From contig CAMZDY010000001.1 in assembly GCA_947305585.1 (NCBI GenBank), forward strand, positions 17,599 to 81,598: DNA of 64,000 bases. The letters run 5' to 3'. Below, piece by piece: positions 1-8,377 of the stretch. The notes beneath the pieces were generated by a model that was not told the DNA's origin, did no database searches, and saw only the letters and a program-made list of their open reading frames with translations. The position numbers and the translations under genes were made by a program. Position 1 is the first letter of the stretch; each line of letters begins with the position of its first letter. The stretch comes from an uncultured Verrucomicrobiota bacterium (GTDB lineage: Bacteria; Verrucomicrobiota; Kiritimatiellia; RFP12; UBA1067).

Positions 1-157
1 CACGCCGTCGAAGTATTCCAGCGCCTTTTTGAGCTGTACCTTGCCGCCGCTTACCGACGCGCTCGCGTACACCTCGATCTTCTCGATTTCGCCCGCCATC
101 GCCTGCAGGACCTCCTGCGTCTTCTGCCGGTCGTCCAGCCTCAAGATTTTAATCATT
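1..157 (-). CDS. Phage hypothetical protein, N-terminal part only (MIKILRLDDRQKTQEVLQAMAGEIEKIEVYAS...); the gene runs off the window
   Basis: ATG at 155-157 preceded by GGAGG; the ORF is open to the window edge. Not in the ORF track because it is truncated. Confidence 0.4.
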
Positions 158-523
158 GTTTTCCTCCTGTTGTGCAGTTAAATTCGTTTCGGCTGTCTCT
201 TCCGTCTCGTCGGCCTCTTCCTCCAGCTCTTCGAGCGTCGGGAGCACCTTGGCCTTGACGGCCATGTTGCTCCGCGTTGTCACGATGCCGAAGTACTCGT
301 TGGTGGTGGTGCATTTGTACTGCACGTCCACGCGGCAATTCTGCCGCACCCACAGCCGGGCACCTTTTACGTCCTCGTAGAGCTTCACGCCGAGGTTGTC
401 GCCGGAGTCGCTGACCTCCGGCCAGATCGTGCGCTCGCCCACGATGAGCGACACGCCCGTGTTCTTGCAGCCGCACAAAAGAGAGAGCGCCGCGAGCAGG
501 GCGAGTATCTGCCAGCGCTGCAT
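149..523 (-). CDS. Phage lipoprotein, 124 aa; possible o-spanin-like lysis component
   Basis: Internal start MQRWQILALLAALSLLCGC gives a signal peptide plus lipobox (LLCGC). Its ATG at 521-523 is 1 nt from the upstream gene's stop. The track's N-terminal extension (MRRRRR...) is implausible. Confidence 0.5.
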   Translation of the reverse strand: MQRWQILALLAALSLLCGCKNTGVSLIVGERTIWPEVSDSGDNLGVKLYEDVKGARLWVRQNCRVDVQYKCTTTNEYFGIVTTRSNMAVKAKVLPTLEELEEEADETEETAETNLTAQQEENND

Positions 524-524
524 C

Positions 525-863
525 TTACACCCTCCACTCGCTATACGCCAAGCGGAACGCCTCGGCCACCTTCTGCACCTCCGCCACCGTGAGTTGCAAA
601 TCGTCGAGCGCATCGCAAAGCGCCTTGAACGCCGCCACCGTAGCCGCGTAATCCTCGCGCCACTTGGCGGGACACCACTTCGCGCCTTTCTCCAGCACGG
701 CGAGAACCTTCTTCGCCGCCGCAAGCGTGGACTGCGCCCGCGCCTTGGTGGAGTCCTTCAGCCCCACCGCGAAGTCGTTGGCGAGGTCTAGGCAGTAGTC
801 CAATACCGCCTCCTTGCCGCCAAATACATACTTGAATCCCAGTTTTATCATTGTCCAGTTCAT
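525..863 (-). CDS. Phage hypothetical protein, 112 aa, in the putative lysis cassette
   Basis: Intact ORF tightly coupled to the downstream lipoprotein gene. No recognisable catalytic motif. Confidence 0.45.
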   Translation of the reverse strand: MNWTMIKLGFKYVFGGKEAVLDYCLDLANDFAVGLKDSTKARAQSTLAAAKKVLAVLEKGAKWCPAKWREDYAATVAAFKALCDALDDLQLTVAEVQKVAEAFRLAYSEWRV

Positions 864-903
864 CTTTTTGCTCCTTTTTTGGTTATATGAACAGAAATCT
901 TGT

Positions 904-1254
904 TTATCCCACCCTGCGCTTGCCGCGCTTGAGATTGAACCACATCCACCTGTCTAGCCCGTCATCGTTGGTGACCGCCTCGTTCAGCATCGCATGTGGC
1001 ATGGTCGTGCGCACCGCGTGAAGCCCATCCTTGCCGATTGCACCGTAAATGAGCGCGGCGATGCAGAACGCAAGAAGCGAGGCGAGAATGCCCACCACCA
1101 CCTTGTGATGCTTTTGCTCGTTGCGCATCAGCGAGATGAGTTCCTTGGTGTTCTCCACCATCCCCTTGAAGTAGCCGGATAGTTCGCTCGACACCTTCTC
1201 AAGGGCGTTGATGCGCTTGAAGATTTCCGAGTTTATCTCTCCCTGCGTTGCCAT
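904..1254 (-). CDS. Small membrane protein, 116 aa, with one hydrophobic helix (VVVGILASLLAFCIAALIYGAI); holin-like candidate
   Basis: Single transmembrane segment and a charged C-terminus. It sits next to the lipoprotein at the lysis end of the prophage. Confidence 0.4.
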   Translation of the reverse strand: MATQGEINSEIFKRINALEKVSSELSGYFKGMVENTKELISLMRNEQKHHKVVVGILASLLAFCIAALIYGAIGKDGLHAVRTTMPHAMLNEAVTNDDGLDRWMWFNLKRGKRRVG

Positions 1255-1266
1255 TGCTAGGCTCCC

Positions 1267-1392
1267 TTACTCCGTGATGTAGTCGTATTCCTCGGGCGTG
1301 ATGGTGCCGTCGCGCAGCATCTCCTTTACGCGCTCCAGGGTGATGCGTCCGGCTTTGTACAGCCGCTTGATGGATTCCACGTGCGCTCTCAT
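1267..1392 (-). CDS. xkdX: XkdX-family phage micro-protein, 41 aa (MRAHVESIKRLYKAGRITLERVKEMLRDGTITPEEYDYITE)
   Basis: Hand-translated; absent from the track because it is under 60 aa. Its C-terminal motif resembles the XkdX family found beside tail-fibre genes. Its ATG overlaps the stop of the upstream ORF. Confidence 0.45.
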   Translation of the reverse strand: MRAHVESIKRLYKAGRITLERVKEMLRDGTITPEEYDYITE

Positions 1393-1652
1393 ATCACGCC
1401 CTCCTCGATGAGTTGCAAAGTGTAGTCATCGATAACCTCGGCCTCCCGCCGGGCTGCCGACTCTTGCGCGCCGACGTACGCCGCGTACTGCGTTTCGGAC
1501 ATTATCGCCGATTCGCCGCACCACACCGTGACGCCATCCCGCTCGACCGCCTCGACCTTGCGCGTGACGCGCACCATCTTGCCTTTCAGCGCTTCGACGC
1601 GCGAGGGCTTCATGTTCCACTCCGCCAGCTTGAATTCGGCTTGATAATTCAT
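1389..1652 (-). CDS. Hypothetical 87-aa protein translationally coupled to the DGR reverse transcriptase; possible DGR accessory protein
   Basis: Start MNYQAEFK... sits at 1650-1652 and overlaps the RT stop (1649-1651). No recognisable domain. Confidence 0.35.
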   Translation of the reverse strand: MNYQAEFKLAEWNMKPSRVEALKGKMVRVTRKVEAVERDGVTVWCGESAIMSETQYAAYVGAQESAARREAEVIDDYTLQLIEEGVI

Positions 1653-2779
1653 GCCGCAAGTCTCCTCTCTTTCTGGTTGCGCATTGCTACCTTGCGGCGC
1701 ATCAGCGCGAAATTGATGCCGCAAAGGATGCATCTCGGGAACGCGGCATAACTCCCGAAAGCGCGGAACCTTCCGCCGTAAGAAATGAGTCGCTCCGCAT
1801 CGTACGCCGTGACGCGGATATGCTTGGCGAGCTTGCGCCGGATGTTCGCCCCCAGGCGCCTCGAGCGAATAAATACTTTGTCGCGGATCGAGAGCCGCGC
1901 GTGGGTGAAGTGGAAGCCGGTGAAGCGCACTTTTGCCGTGCCGCCACGACCGAAGCGGAAGATGGCAGCGGTCAGTTTAAGCCGCATATCCATCCGGCCG
2001 ATCCGGCGCGCCACTTCGTTTACCGTTTTTTTCAGTTCCCGCCGGTTGGTGTGAATAAATAGCATATCGTCGATATATCGCACGTAGACCTCGACGCAAT
2101 CCTTGACGGCATGGTCGTTTCGTGTGAGCGCAATATTGACGAACCAGGGACTCGTAAACAGCCCGATCGGCACTCCCCCCGTCAGCACCTCGCCGTCCGG
2201 GAGCTCGATTTTGTTCGCGTCTAGGATGAGCCGTACGATATTGAGCACCTTCCGGTCGCGGATTTTGCGGGCGATAGCCCGGTAGATTTCCGCTGTGGAG
2301 ATGGTCTGGAAGCACTTTTTGATGTCCAGCACCGCGCACCACTTGAGCGCCTTTCCGCCCTGGGCCACCTTTTTCATGATATGCTTGGCCATCGCTTCCT
2401 GGCCGCGCCCGGGGATCGAACCGCATGACCATTCGAAAAAGCCCGGCTGGAATATCGGCTGGATGATGTGATCGATGAGCAGATGGTGGATGATTTGCTC
2501 GTCGAAGTCCGGCTCCACAATGATGCGCTTTTTGCGCGCGATGCCATCGGCGAAGACGCGACCCCTGCGCACTTCCGGCGGGCGCCATTCGTCGCGCTCC
2601 AACATTCCCTTGATTCGGCAAACGGTGGCAGATACGTCCGCAAGCGCCGCGATCATGGCGGCCTTCTTGCGCTTGCCCTTGGCGGCGCGATAGATGGCAT
2701 CCTCGATGTTGTCGGGGTCTACCATCTTCTGCCATAGATTGTTATAACTTTTCGCCATCTTCGTCTTTGCCTTTTTCAT
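1649..2779 (-). CDS. DGR reverse transcriptase, 376 aa
   Basis: YIDD catalytic motif (VRYIDDMLF) and a GVPIGLFTSP motif of the DGR-type IGxxxSQ/P class. Lies immediately downstream of the TR. Start MKKAKTK preceded by AGGAG; the track's longer N-terminal extension was rejected. Confidence 0.8.
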   Translation of the reverse strand: MKKAKTKMAKSYNNLWQKMVDPDNIEDAIYRAAKGKRKKAAMIAALADVSATVCRIKGMLERDEWRPPEVRRGRVFADGIARKKRIIVEPDFDEQIIHHLLIDHIIQPIFQPGFFEWSCGSIPGRGQEAMAKHIMKKVAQGGKALKWCAVLDIKKCFQTISTAEIYRAIARKIRDRKVLNIVRLILDANKIELPDGEVLTGGVPIGLFTSPWFVNIALTRNDHAVKDCVEVYVRYIDDMLFIHTNRRELKKTVNEVARRIGRMDMRLKLTAAIFRFGRGGTAKVRFTGFHFTHARLSIRDKVFIRSRRLGANIRRKLAKHIRVTAYDAERLISYGGRFRAFGSYAAFPRCILCGINFALMRRKVAMRNQKERRLAA

Positions 2780-2927
2780 CTCCTCTTGCCTTCCTATGGG
2801 CTCGCGCGCTTTGTGGCTTTTAGCCCTACTTGCACGCTCCTTCCTCCGCTTTCGCGGATTGTCGCCCGATTTTCCGGGGTTGCCCCCGCGCGGAAATGGC
2901 AAGATATTAGTTTGAATTGATTATTCC

Positions 2928-3059
2928 ATAGGAATGCGAAGCGCCAATGTTCCAGTTCGCGTTCGAGGGGGCGTTGTTCAAGTTCGAGGCAAAGAGGCCG
3001 GCCGTGATGCCGTTCGTGACATTGCCGCCGCAGTTGAGCGCACGCACGCCAGAGGCGAA
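2928..3059 (-). repeat. DGR template repeat (TR), 132 bp, Asn(AAC)-rich
   Basis: Identical to 3184-3315 except at 14 positions, all of them A on the minus (coding) strand. Translates as ...NCGGNVTNGITAGLFASNLNNAPSNANWNIG... Confidence 0.85.
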
Positions 3060-3144
3060 AGCGGAACACCCGCCAAAACTTCTCACCAATCCCTTGTATT
3101 CATCTGTTTTTCTCCTTTTGTTTACTTCAAAATCTTTTAGCTCT

Positions 3145-3166
3145 CTAGGGGGTTAGCACCCCCTAG
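3145..3166 (-). promoter_or_regulatory. GC-rich hairpin (CTAGGGGG-ttagca-CCCCCTAG) just 3' of the VR; candidate DGR target-recognition hairpin
   Basis: 8-bp perfect G/C stem, 6-nt loop. Sits between the target gene stop (3172-3174) and the TR-proximal spacer. Confidence 0.5.
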
Positions 3167-3171
3167 GACCC

Positions 3172-4854
3172 CTAGAAGGCATGATAGGAAGGCGAAGCGC
3201 CAACGCTCCAGTACGCGTCCGAGGGGGCGCTGCACAAGTTCGAGGCAAAGAGGCCGGCCGTGAAGCCGTTCGGGACAGAGCCGCCGCAGGAGAGCGCACG
3301 CACGCCAGAGGCGAACCATGCTGCGTCGCAGAAATTGGTGGACGACGACCCGCCCGCGACACTAGGCAGCATCGCCACCAGATGGTCGAAGTGCATGTGC
3401 GTGATATAGACGCCAGACCCGCTCGTAGGCGACAGCGCATCCGTCTCGATGTACTTGCCGGCATAGTCGTCGTTGTCGCTTGACAGCCACACCGCCGTCT
3501 TGGAACCATCAATCATCGAGGGCGTGAGCTTGACGAGAATCTGCCCGTTGTAGATGGTTGCGCCCACAGGTCGCCGCCACCGGTGGCCCCAGAGATTTTC
3601 CATATTGAGGAACTTGACGCCGGTGGCGACATTCTGCGAGCCGTCGAAGTACGCGCCCCAGAACGCCCCCTTGTCTTTCATTGAGCCGCAATTGATCTGC
3701 AGGCTTGACGCGCCGCTCACGTAAGTACCGCCGATAGCCGCTTGAGAATCAAGCGTGCGGGTCAGAAGCGGGAAGAGGAGCCGGATCATCATCTCGTCGG
3801 CCCAGGTGGTGGGCATCCAGTTGGCGCCGTTGTTGGTGCCGTAGGAAAGCTCCTGCGCTTGCGTGGTATTGTTGCTCGGCTTCGCGCCGGTAGCCATCGA
3901 GCGCAGCACGCTATTGACGACCGCGCCCTCGAAGAGCGGCCAGCCGCAGAAATCGGCGAAGGTGCCGTCGCTCTTCATGTGCGTCCAGCAGAACCAGTCT
4001 TCGGTTTTGCGTACGTTCGAGAATCGCACCTCCACGGTGGAGCCCGAACGGTGGATATGGCAGAAAATAGGCTTGACGATGTTCATCGCGTTGCCTTGAT
4101 ACGCGGTATTCGCGACATCGCTCGCCGTACCGTCCAGCTTTTCCGCCAGGTTGTCGGGATTGAGGTAGTAGTCGATCTCGCCGCCGAAGGTGAGCATGGC
4201 GGGCTTGAAATTCTCCTCGACCCAACTCTTCCATGATCCCCAATTGAGCGCCGGGGTGGATAGCGAGAAATCCATATAGATGGGGTTGAAGTCCTCGCTG
4301 TCCTCGATGTAGGTGATGCAGGTGGCCGGGTTTGTGTCCAGCTCGTCGAGCGCGTAGCCGAAAGTCCACACCGGCGTCGCCGCGAAGCAATTGTCGAGCG
4401 ATTCGTTGTAGAAGCCGCTCGTCGCATACGGGAAGGCGCGGTAGCGGCTGGACACGGTGCCGAGCGTGTCGAGGTATGGCGCGTTGAGGTATTGGTTGCG
4501 CACCGTCGAAGTGACGACCGTGCGGGCGTTGGCGTCGGTGGGCGACGCGGGATATTCGCCGTCGTCGCGCGCCATGATGACGGTGCGAGACCAGAACGCG
4601 GCCGCGACGCCGTAGATGGTGACGTCCGCCGGATCGTGCCATTTGAGGTTCACGCCGCCCGATACCACCTCCGCGATGTGGTACTTGACGGGATTGATGG
4701 GTGTAGCCTGCTGCTTGAGCGCGGCGACATCCGTCTTGATTTGGGTGACATCTGCCGCGACGCCCTGAAGGGTCGTTTCCTGTGCGACGCCCGTAAGGTC
4801 GGACGGGGTGGTGACTTGGGCGGTGGGTGAAAGCTGGTTGATTGGCGTTGGCAT
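3172..4854 (-). CDS. DGR target protein, 560 aa; phage receptor-binding / tail-fibre protein whose C-terminus is the VR
   Basis: The VR occupies the extreme C-terminus (...FCDAAWFASGVRALSCGGSVPNGFTAGLFASNLCSAPSDAYWSVGASPSYHAF). RBS AGGAG before the ATG. Lies next to the tail-fibre gene. Confidence 0.75.
   Translation of the reverse strand: MPTPINQLSPTAQVTTPSDLTGVAQETTLQGVAADVTQIKTDVAALKQQATPINPVKYHIAEVVSGGVNLKWHDPADVTIYGVAAAFWSRTVIMARDDGEYPASPTDANARTVVTSTVRNQYLNAPYLDTLGTVSSRYRAFPYATSGFYNESLDNCFAATPVWTFGYALDELDTNPATCITYIEDSEDFNPIYMDFSLSTPALNWGSWKSWVEENFKPAMLTFGGEIDYYLNPDNLAEKLDGTASDVANTAYQGNAMNIVKPIFCHIHRSGSTVEVRFSNVRKTEDWFCWTHMKSDGTFADFCGWPLFEGAVVNSVLRSMATGAKPSNNTTQAQELSYGTNNGANWMPTTWADEMMIRLLFPLLTRTLDSQAAIGGTYVSGASSLQINCGSMKDKGAFWGAYFDGSQNVATGVKFLNMENLWGHRWRRPVGATIYNGQILVKLTPSMIDGSKTAVWLSSDNDDYAGKYIETDALSPTSGSGVYITHMHFDHLVAMLPSVAGGSSSTNFCDAAWFASGVRALSCGGSVPNGFTAGLFASNLCSAPSDAYWSVGASPSYHAF
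3184..3315 (-). repeat. DGR variable repeat (VR), 132 bp, encoding the last ~44 aa of the target protein
   Basis: 14 mismatches to the TR, all at TR-adenine positions (24 adenines in the TR; 14 differ). The 3' ends of TR and VR diverge completely, as expected for an IMH-type boundary. Confidence 0.85.
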
Positions 4855-4865
4855 GATTGCTCCTT

Positions 4866-5924
4866 TTACTCGTTTGCGGGAATTGCGGGGAAGTTCGTGA
4901 CAGATCCGCCAAGGGCTTCGATACAGGCCTTGACGCCCGCGAAGATGCCCTGCATGGTGGCAAAGTCGAAAGTCTGTCCGGATAGCGGAGTGACGGACAC
5001 CCCCGCCACCTTGTCGTCAACATACTTCTTGTTCGCGACCTGCCCGTCGGCGGACTGGTCGGTGAGGTGCGGCGCTATCGGCGTGCCGGTGAACGCAGGC
5101 GACGCAAGCGGGGCGAATAGTTCGCTGACCATCTTCGCTTCCCAGTGCGTCGTATCGCTATCCGGCTTTAGGCTGGATGCCGTCGCGGTGTAGCCTGATT
5201 TGCACCGATAGACTACACCGTTGTATGTGCAAAGGTTATTCACCACATACATCTTCCTCGTGAACGCTGGCGCAATCTGCTGAACGGCGGTGTAGACGTC
5301 GGAGAGAAGGGCGAGAATGCCGCTGGCATAAGGCAGGGCTTGGAAGTGTCCGTCAATCGTGAAACCGTATAGCGCTATAGCGAGACCGTTTGTGTCGCCG
5401 CGCTTAGTTTGCAACCAAGCGTCACCATCGGGTGCGTCTCTGTCGATTATCAAACTACCGCTTAGCGTCTGGTTGCCCGTGTTGCCGAGCTTGCCCGACA
5501 GCGCCTGCGCCACCTGCCCAGTAGTCGCATACACCCCCAAATCCGGCGTGTTCGAAATTTCTGAATACGCATAGGTAGGCTTATTATCGGCCTTGGCCCA
5601 GGAGGGAACGGTGGGATCCGTTTCGGTGTGGAGATACCGCCCGTCACTCTCGCCCTTCGTAAAGTAATTGGTCAGGCTCTGGTGCTCTTGCAATGCCGTC
5701 GCGCCCAGCGCCGCGCCCGACCGGATCGTCTGCAGGTCGCTGATCACATCCTGCTTCCCGGTCTTGAGCGTCACGATATCGGCTGCGTTGGTGGCGATCT
5801 GTATACGATTCTCCGCAATCGCCGCCGTATTCGTGCCGATCTCCGCCTCCAGCGCGCCGTCCTGCCGGTCCACATACTCCTTGGTGGCCGTTATGGCCAG
5901 CACTATCGCGAGTATCCAATTCAT
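4866..5924 (-). CDS. Phage tail-fibre / collar-like protein, 352 aa
   Basis: N-terminal hydrophobic or coiled-coil region; Gly/Thr/Ser-rich fibrous composition. Immediately upstream of the DGR target. Confidence 0.5.
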   Translation of the reverse strand: MNWILAIVLAITATKEYVDRQDGALEAEIGTNTAAIAENRIQIATNAADIVTLKTGKQDVISDLQTIRSGAALGATALQEHQSLTNYFTKGESDGRYLHTETDPTVPSWAKADNKPTYAYSEISNTPDLGVYATTGQVAQALSGKLGNTGNQTLSGSLIIDRDAPDGDAWLQTKRGDTNGLAIALYGFTIDGHFQALPYASGILALLSDVYTAVQQIAPAFTRKMYVVNNLCTYNGVVYRCKSGYTATASSLKPDSDTTHWEAKMVSELFAPLASPAFTGTPIAPHLTDQSADGQVANKKYVDDKVAGVSVTPLSGQTFDFATMQGIFAGVKACIEALGGSVTNFPAIPANE

Positions 5925-6190
5925 GCCGTCACCTCCACATACTCGTTATTCACCACGATATAATCCCCCGTCCAGATCGCACCGTAATCCTCCATGTCCT
6001 CGTCGTACTGCAGCACCTGCTTCTTGTAGTGCTTCACTCCGTTCGCATCCGTCTTGAAGTAAACGTACTCGTCGTCGCCCTTCTGCTGGAAGCTCGCCGT
6101 CGGCACGCTCGGCGTCACCGGCCGCTGCGGAATCACCTTCCCGCCCGGATAGAACTCTGCGCTGTCGCGCCGCTTGTCGATCTCCGCCAT
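5921..6190 (-). CDS. Phage hypothetical protein, 89 aa
   Basis: Intact ORF whose stop overlaps the tail-fibre start (ATGA). Confidence 0.4.
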   Translation of the reverse strand: MAEIDKRRDSAEFYPGGKVIPQRPVTPSVPTASFQQKGDDEYVYFKTDANGVKHYKKQVLQYDEDMEDYGAIWTGDYIVVNNEYVEVTA

Positions 6191-6206
6191 CTCCCTCCTC
6201 CTTCCT

Positions 6207-8291
6207 TTACCGCGCCTGGACGCTCTTCACGCCCGTGCGACCGATCTCCGCGTTTTCGCCGTACTGCCGCGACTGCATTTCGAGCGCCTGGATCCACTTT
6301 CCGGCCAACTCCTGGCTCGCCGCGCTCATCTCCTCGATCGCCGCCGGATTCTCCGACTGCATCTGCCGCCACCAATCGAGCCGCGCCTCGTAGTTCCAGC
6401 CGCCCTTCGTATCCATCTGCGGCATGATTCCCGCCTTGATTTTGACGAAGTTGTCCTGCTCGTCCTTGATGTCGTCCTGCGCCAGCTCTCCCGCGCTCTT
6501 GAAACTCGCCGCCGCCAGTTCCGGGAACATGAGCGTGAAGATCTTCCGCACCACCGGATCGGTGTCCACGCTGCCCTTGCGGTCCATCGTCTGGAGTACC
6601 GTCGCCAGCGTCTGCGCCTTTTCCATCAGCTTCTTGCCGTCCAGGTTGTTCGCATCGAGCTTGAGCGTTATCCCAAACGCCCCGCTCACATCCGCCGACT
6701 TCACGCCCTTCGCGTCCGCCGTCGCCGTCGCCCGCATCACGTATTCGTCCGAAGCGTTGTCCTGCGCCGTCTCCAGCAGCAGAATCAGGAAGTCCCGCCA
6801 CTGGTTCAGGAACCAATCCACCTCCTGCTGCACCCGGGCGCTCACATCCGTCTTGCCGTCGCTCACGCCCAAGGTCGCCCACAGTTCCGCGCGAATCTTC
6901 TCCTCCGCCTTGTCCGCGCTCGCCGGATATGCGGGCGGCTGCATGAATGACAAATCGTCGTTCACCCCCATCGGTATCAGAACGAACGGCTCGATGAGCG
7001 CGTTCCGCACCCGCGACCCCTTCGCCTTGATCGGCGGCAGATTCCCCACGATCGCATTGTTGGCCGCGCCGTCCCGGATGTGCTTGGCGATTCCCTGCGC
7101 CGGTGCCGCCAGTTCCGCAATTCCTCGCGCCCCCAAAATCTGCTGCGTGCGCACTTCCCGCCGGAAGAACGCCGCCGTCCACTTTCCGCGCCGTGTCCGG
7201 ATCGCCCGCTTGCCGAACGCGCTTCCGTCCGCATGCCCGATCACCGCCACATACCGCGTCGTAGTGCCGTCGTCGTCCGTCTCGGCCATGTAGCACCAGC
7301 AAATATTTACGAGGTCCTTCACCTCCTCGGCCACCGTCGTACTCGTCGTGTCGTGGAAGAAGTCCTGGCCCTTGTGCTCCAGCTCCGCCTTTACCCACTC
7401 TGCATCCCAATCCTGCTCGGCAATCCGCTCCTTGAGCTGGCTCTCCGTCACCCACTCGCCCCGGAACCACGGATTCGCATAGTCAAAGTCGTCCGTCGCC
7501 GTCGGCACGCAGAAATCGTCCCAGTACCTCAGCGCCTCCAGTTCCGGACCTTCGCTCGCCGCCACTTTGACCAGCACTTCGCACTCGCCCTCTTCGCCGA
7601 GCGCCGCCATCACCTTCTTTACGTCCTTGCGGTTTATCCCCTTGGCCTCGATAAGCCAATTCTCCACCGCTGCGCCATTTTGTCCTTCGCCCGCGATCGC
7701 CGTCCGGAAATTGATCGCCGCTTGTTCCGCCGATCCGCCCATCGCCGCCACGCTCGCGCTGTACTCCGCCTGCAGATCGTCTATATCGAGCTCCAGCACC
7801 CCATTGATCGACCGCTTGCGCCATTGCACGTCGAGCGCCGCGACTGCGGGACTGTCCACCAGCATGTGGTGCATCATCGCCAGCACCTCCGCCGCGCCCT
7901 TCGCCCCCAGGCTGTTCAATACCGCGCTTAAAAGTCTCCCCAGCTGCGCCGCGCGCATCTGCTCGTCCGGCTCGCCGCCACACCAAATCTCCGTCTCGCA
8001 GCTCCGGATCGCCATCGTGAATAGCGCCAGTTTCTCCAGATAGATCGTTTCGCCCCACCGTAGCCGCTGGTCGCTCGCACCCTCGAACGGCCACGCCAGC
8101 TCGCCCGGCCGGTCCTTCCTTAGTCCATTGACATTCTGCCCGTCCCACCGGCAATCGAACGCCGCCAAAAACTCCTGTCGGCACCCTATCGTATTCGCGT
8201 CCGTCAGTTCTCGCTGCCAATACTTTAGCTCGCCTTTGAGCTTTTCGAGCTCACCTTCCTTCAGCGTGGATTGCGTGCCGATCCTTCTCAT
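6207..8291 (-). CDS. Large phage structural protein, 694 aa; candidate portal or tail-tube protein
   Basis: Long acidic ORF between the capsid and tail-fibre genes with an RBS GGAGAG. No family could be assigned by eye. Confidence 0.45.
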   Translation of the reverse strand: MRRIGTQSTLKEGELEKLKGELKYWQRELTDANTIGCRQEFLAAFDCRWDGQNVNGLRKDRPGELAWPFEGASDQRLRWGETIYLEKLALFTMAIRSCETEIWCGGEPDEQMRAAQLGRLLSAVLNSLGAKGAAEVLAMMHHMLVDSPAVAALDVQWRKRSINGVLELDIDDLQAEYSASVAAMGGSAEQAAINFRTAIAGEGQNGAAVENWLIEAKGINRKDVKKVMAALGEEGECEVLVKVAASEGPELEALRYWDDFCVPTATDDFDYANPWFRGEWVTESQLKERIAEQDWDAEWVKAELEHKGQDFFHDTTSTTVAEEVKDLVNICWCYMAETDDDGTTTRYVAVIGHADGSAFGKRAIRTRRGKWTAAFFRREVRTQQILGARGIAELAAPAQGIAKHIRDGAANNAIVGNLPPIKAKGSRVRNALIEPFVLIPMGVNDDLSFMQPPAYPASADKAEEKIRAELWATLGVSDGKTDVSARVQQEVDWFLNQWRDFLILLLETAQDNASDEYVMRATATADAKGVKSADVSGAFGITLKLDANNLDGKKLMEKAQTLATVLQTMDRKGSVDTDPVVRKIFTLMFPELAAASFKSAGELAQDDIKDEQDNFVKIKAGIMPQMDTKGGWNYEARLDWWRQMQSENPAAIEEMSAASQELAGKWIQALEMQSRQYGENAEIGRTGVKSVQAR

Positions 8292-8312
8292 TTTATCTCT
8301 CCGTTAAAGTCA

Positions 8313-8332
8313 AAAAGGCTCTGGGGGAGCCG
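8313..8332 (-). terminator. Rho-independent terminator after the major capsid gene (GGCTC-ccccaga-GAGCC followed by TTTTT on the minus strand)
   Basis: Hairpin plus T-run 45 nt downstream of the capsid stop and about 20 nt upstream of the next ATG. Confidence 0.45.
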
Positions 8333-8377
8333 CCGCTTATATCGGACATCCCCCAAAGCCGTAATCCCTACCAAGGA

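Larger units (their letters stand above)
1649..4854 (-). mobile_element. Diversity-generating retroelement cassette (target-VR, hairpin, TR, RT); no avd gene between target and TR
   Basis: See the TR, VR and RT features. The pattern is adenine-specific. Confidence 0.8.

Noticed and set aside
149-724. 191-aa version of the lipoprotein ORF starting MRRRRRFSPCW...
   Set aside because: The N-terminal 67 residues are Arg/Trp-rich nonsense that overlaps the upstream gene. An internal Met gives a canonical lipoprotein signal peptide, with its ATG 1 nt after the upstream stop.
2907-3089. 60-aa minus-strand ORF across the TR (MVRSFGGCSAFASGVRALNCGGNVTNG...).
   Set aside because: It is the TR itself read in the VR frame, not an independent gene. 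The TR is a non-coding template for the RT.
6133-7470. 445-aa minus-strand ORF overlapping the 694-aa structural gene in another frame, and 252-aa and 370-aa ORFs overlapping the RT and the DGR target.
   Set aside because: Gly/Arg-rich frame artefacts. The partner frames carry recognisable motifs (YIDD RT motifs, the VR) and proper RBS and start contexts.
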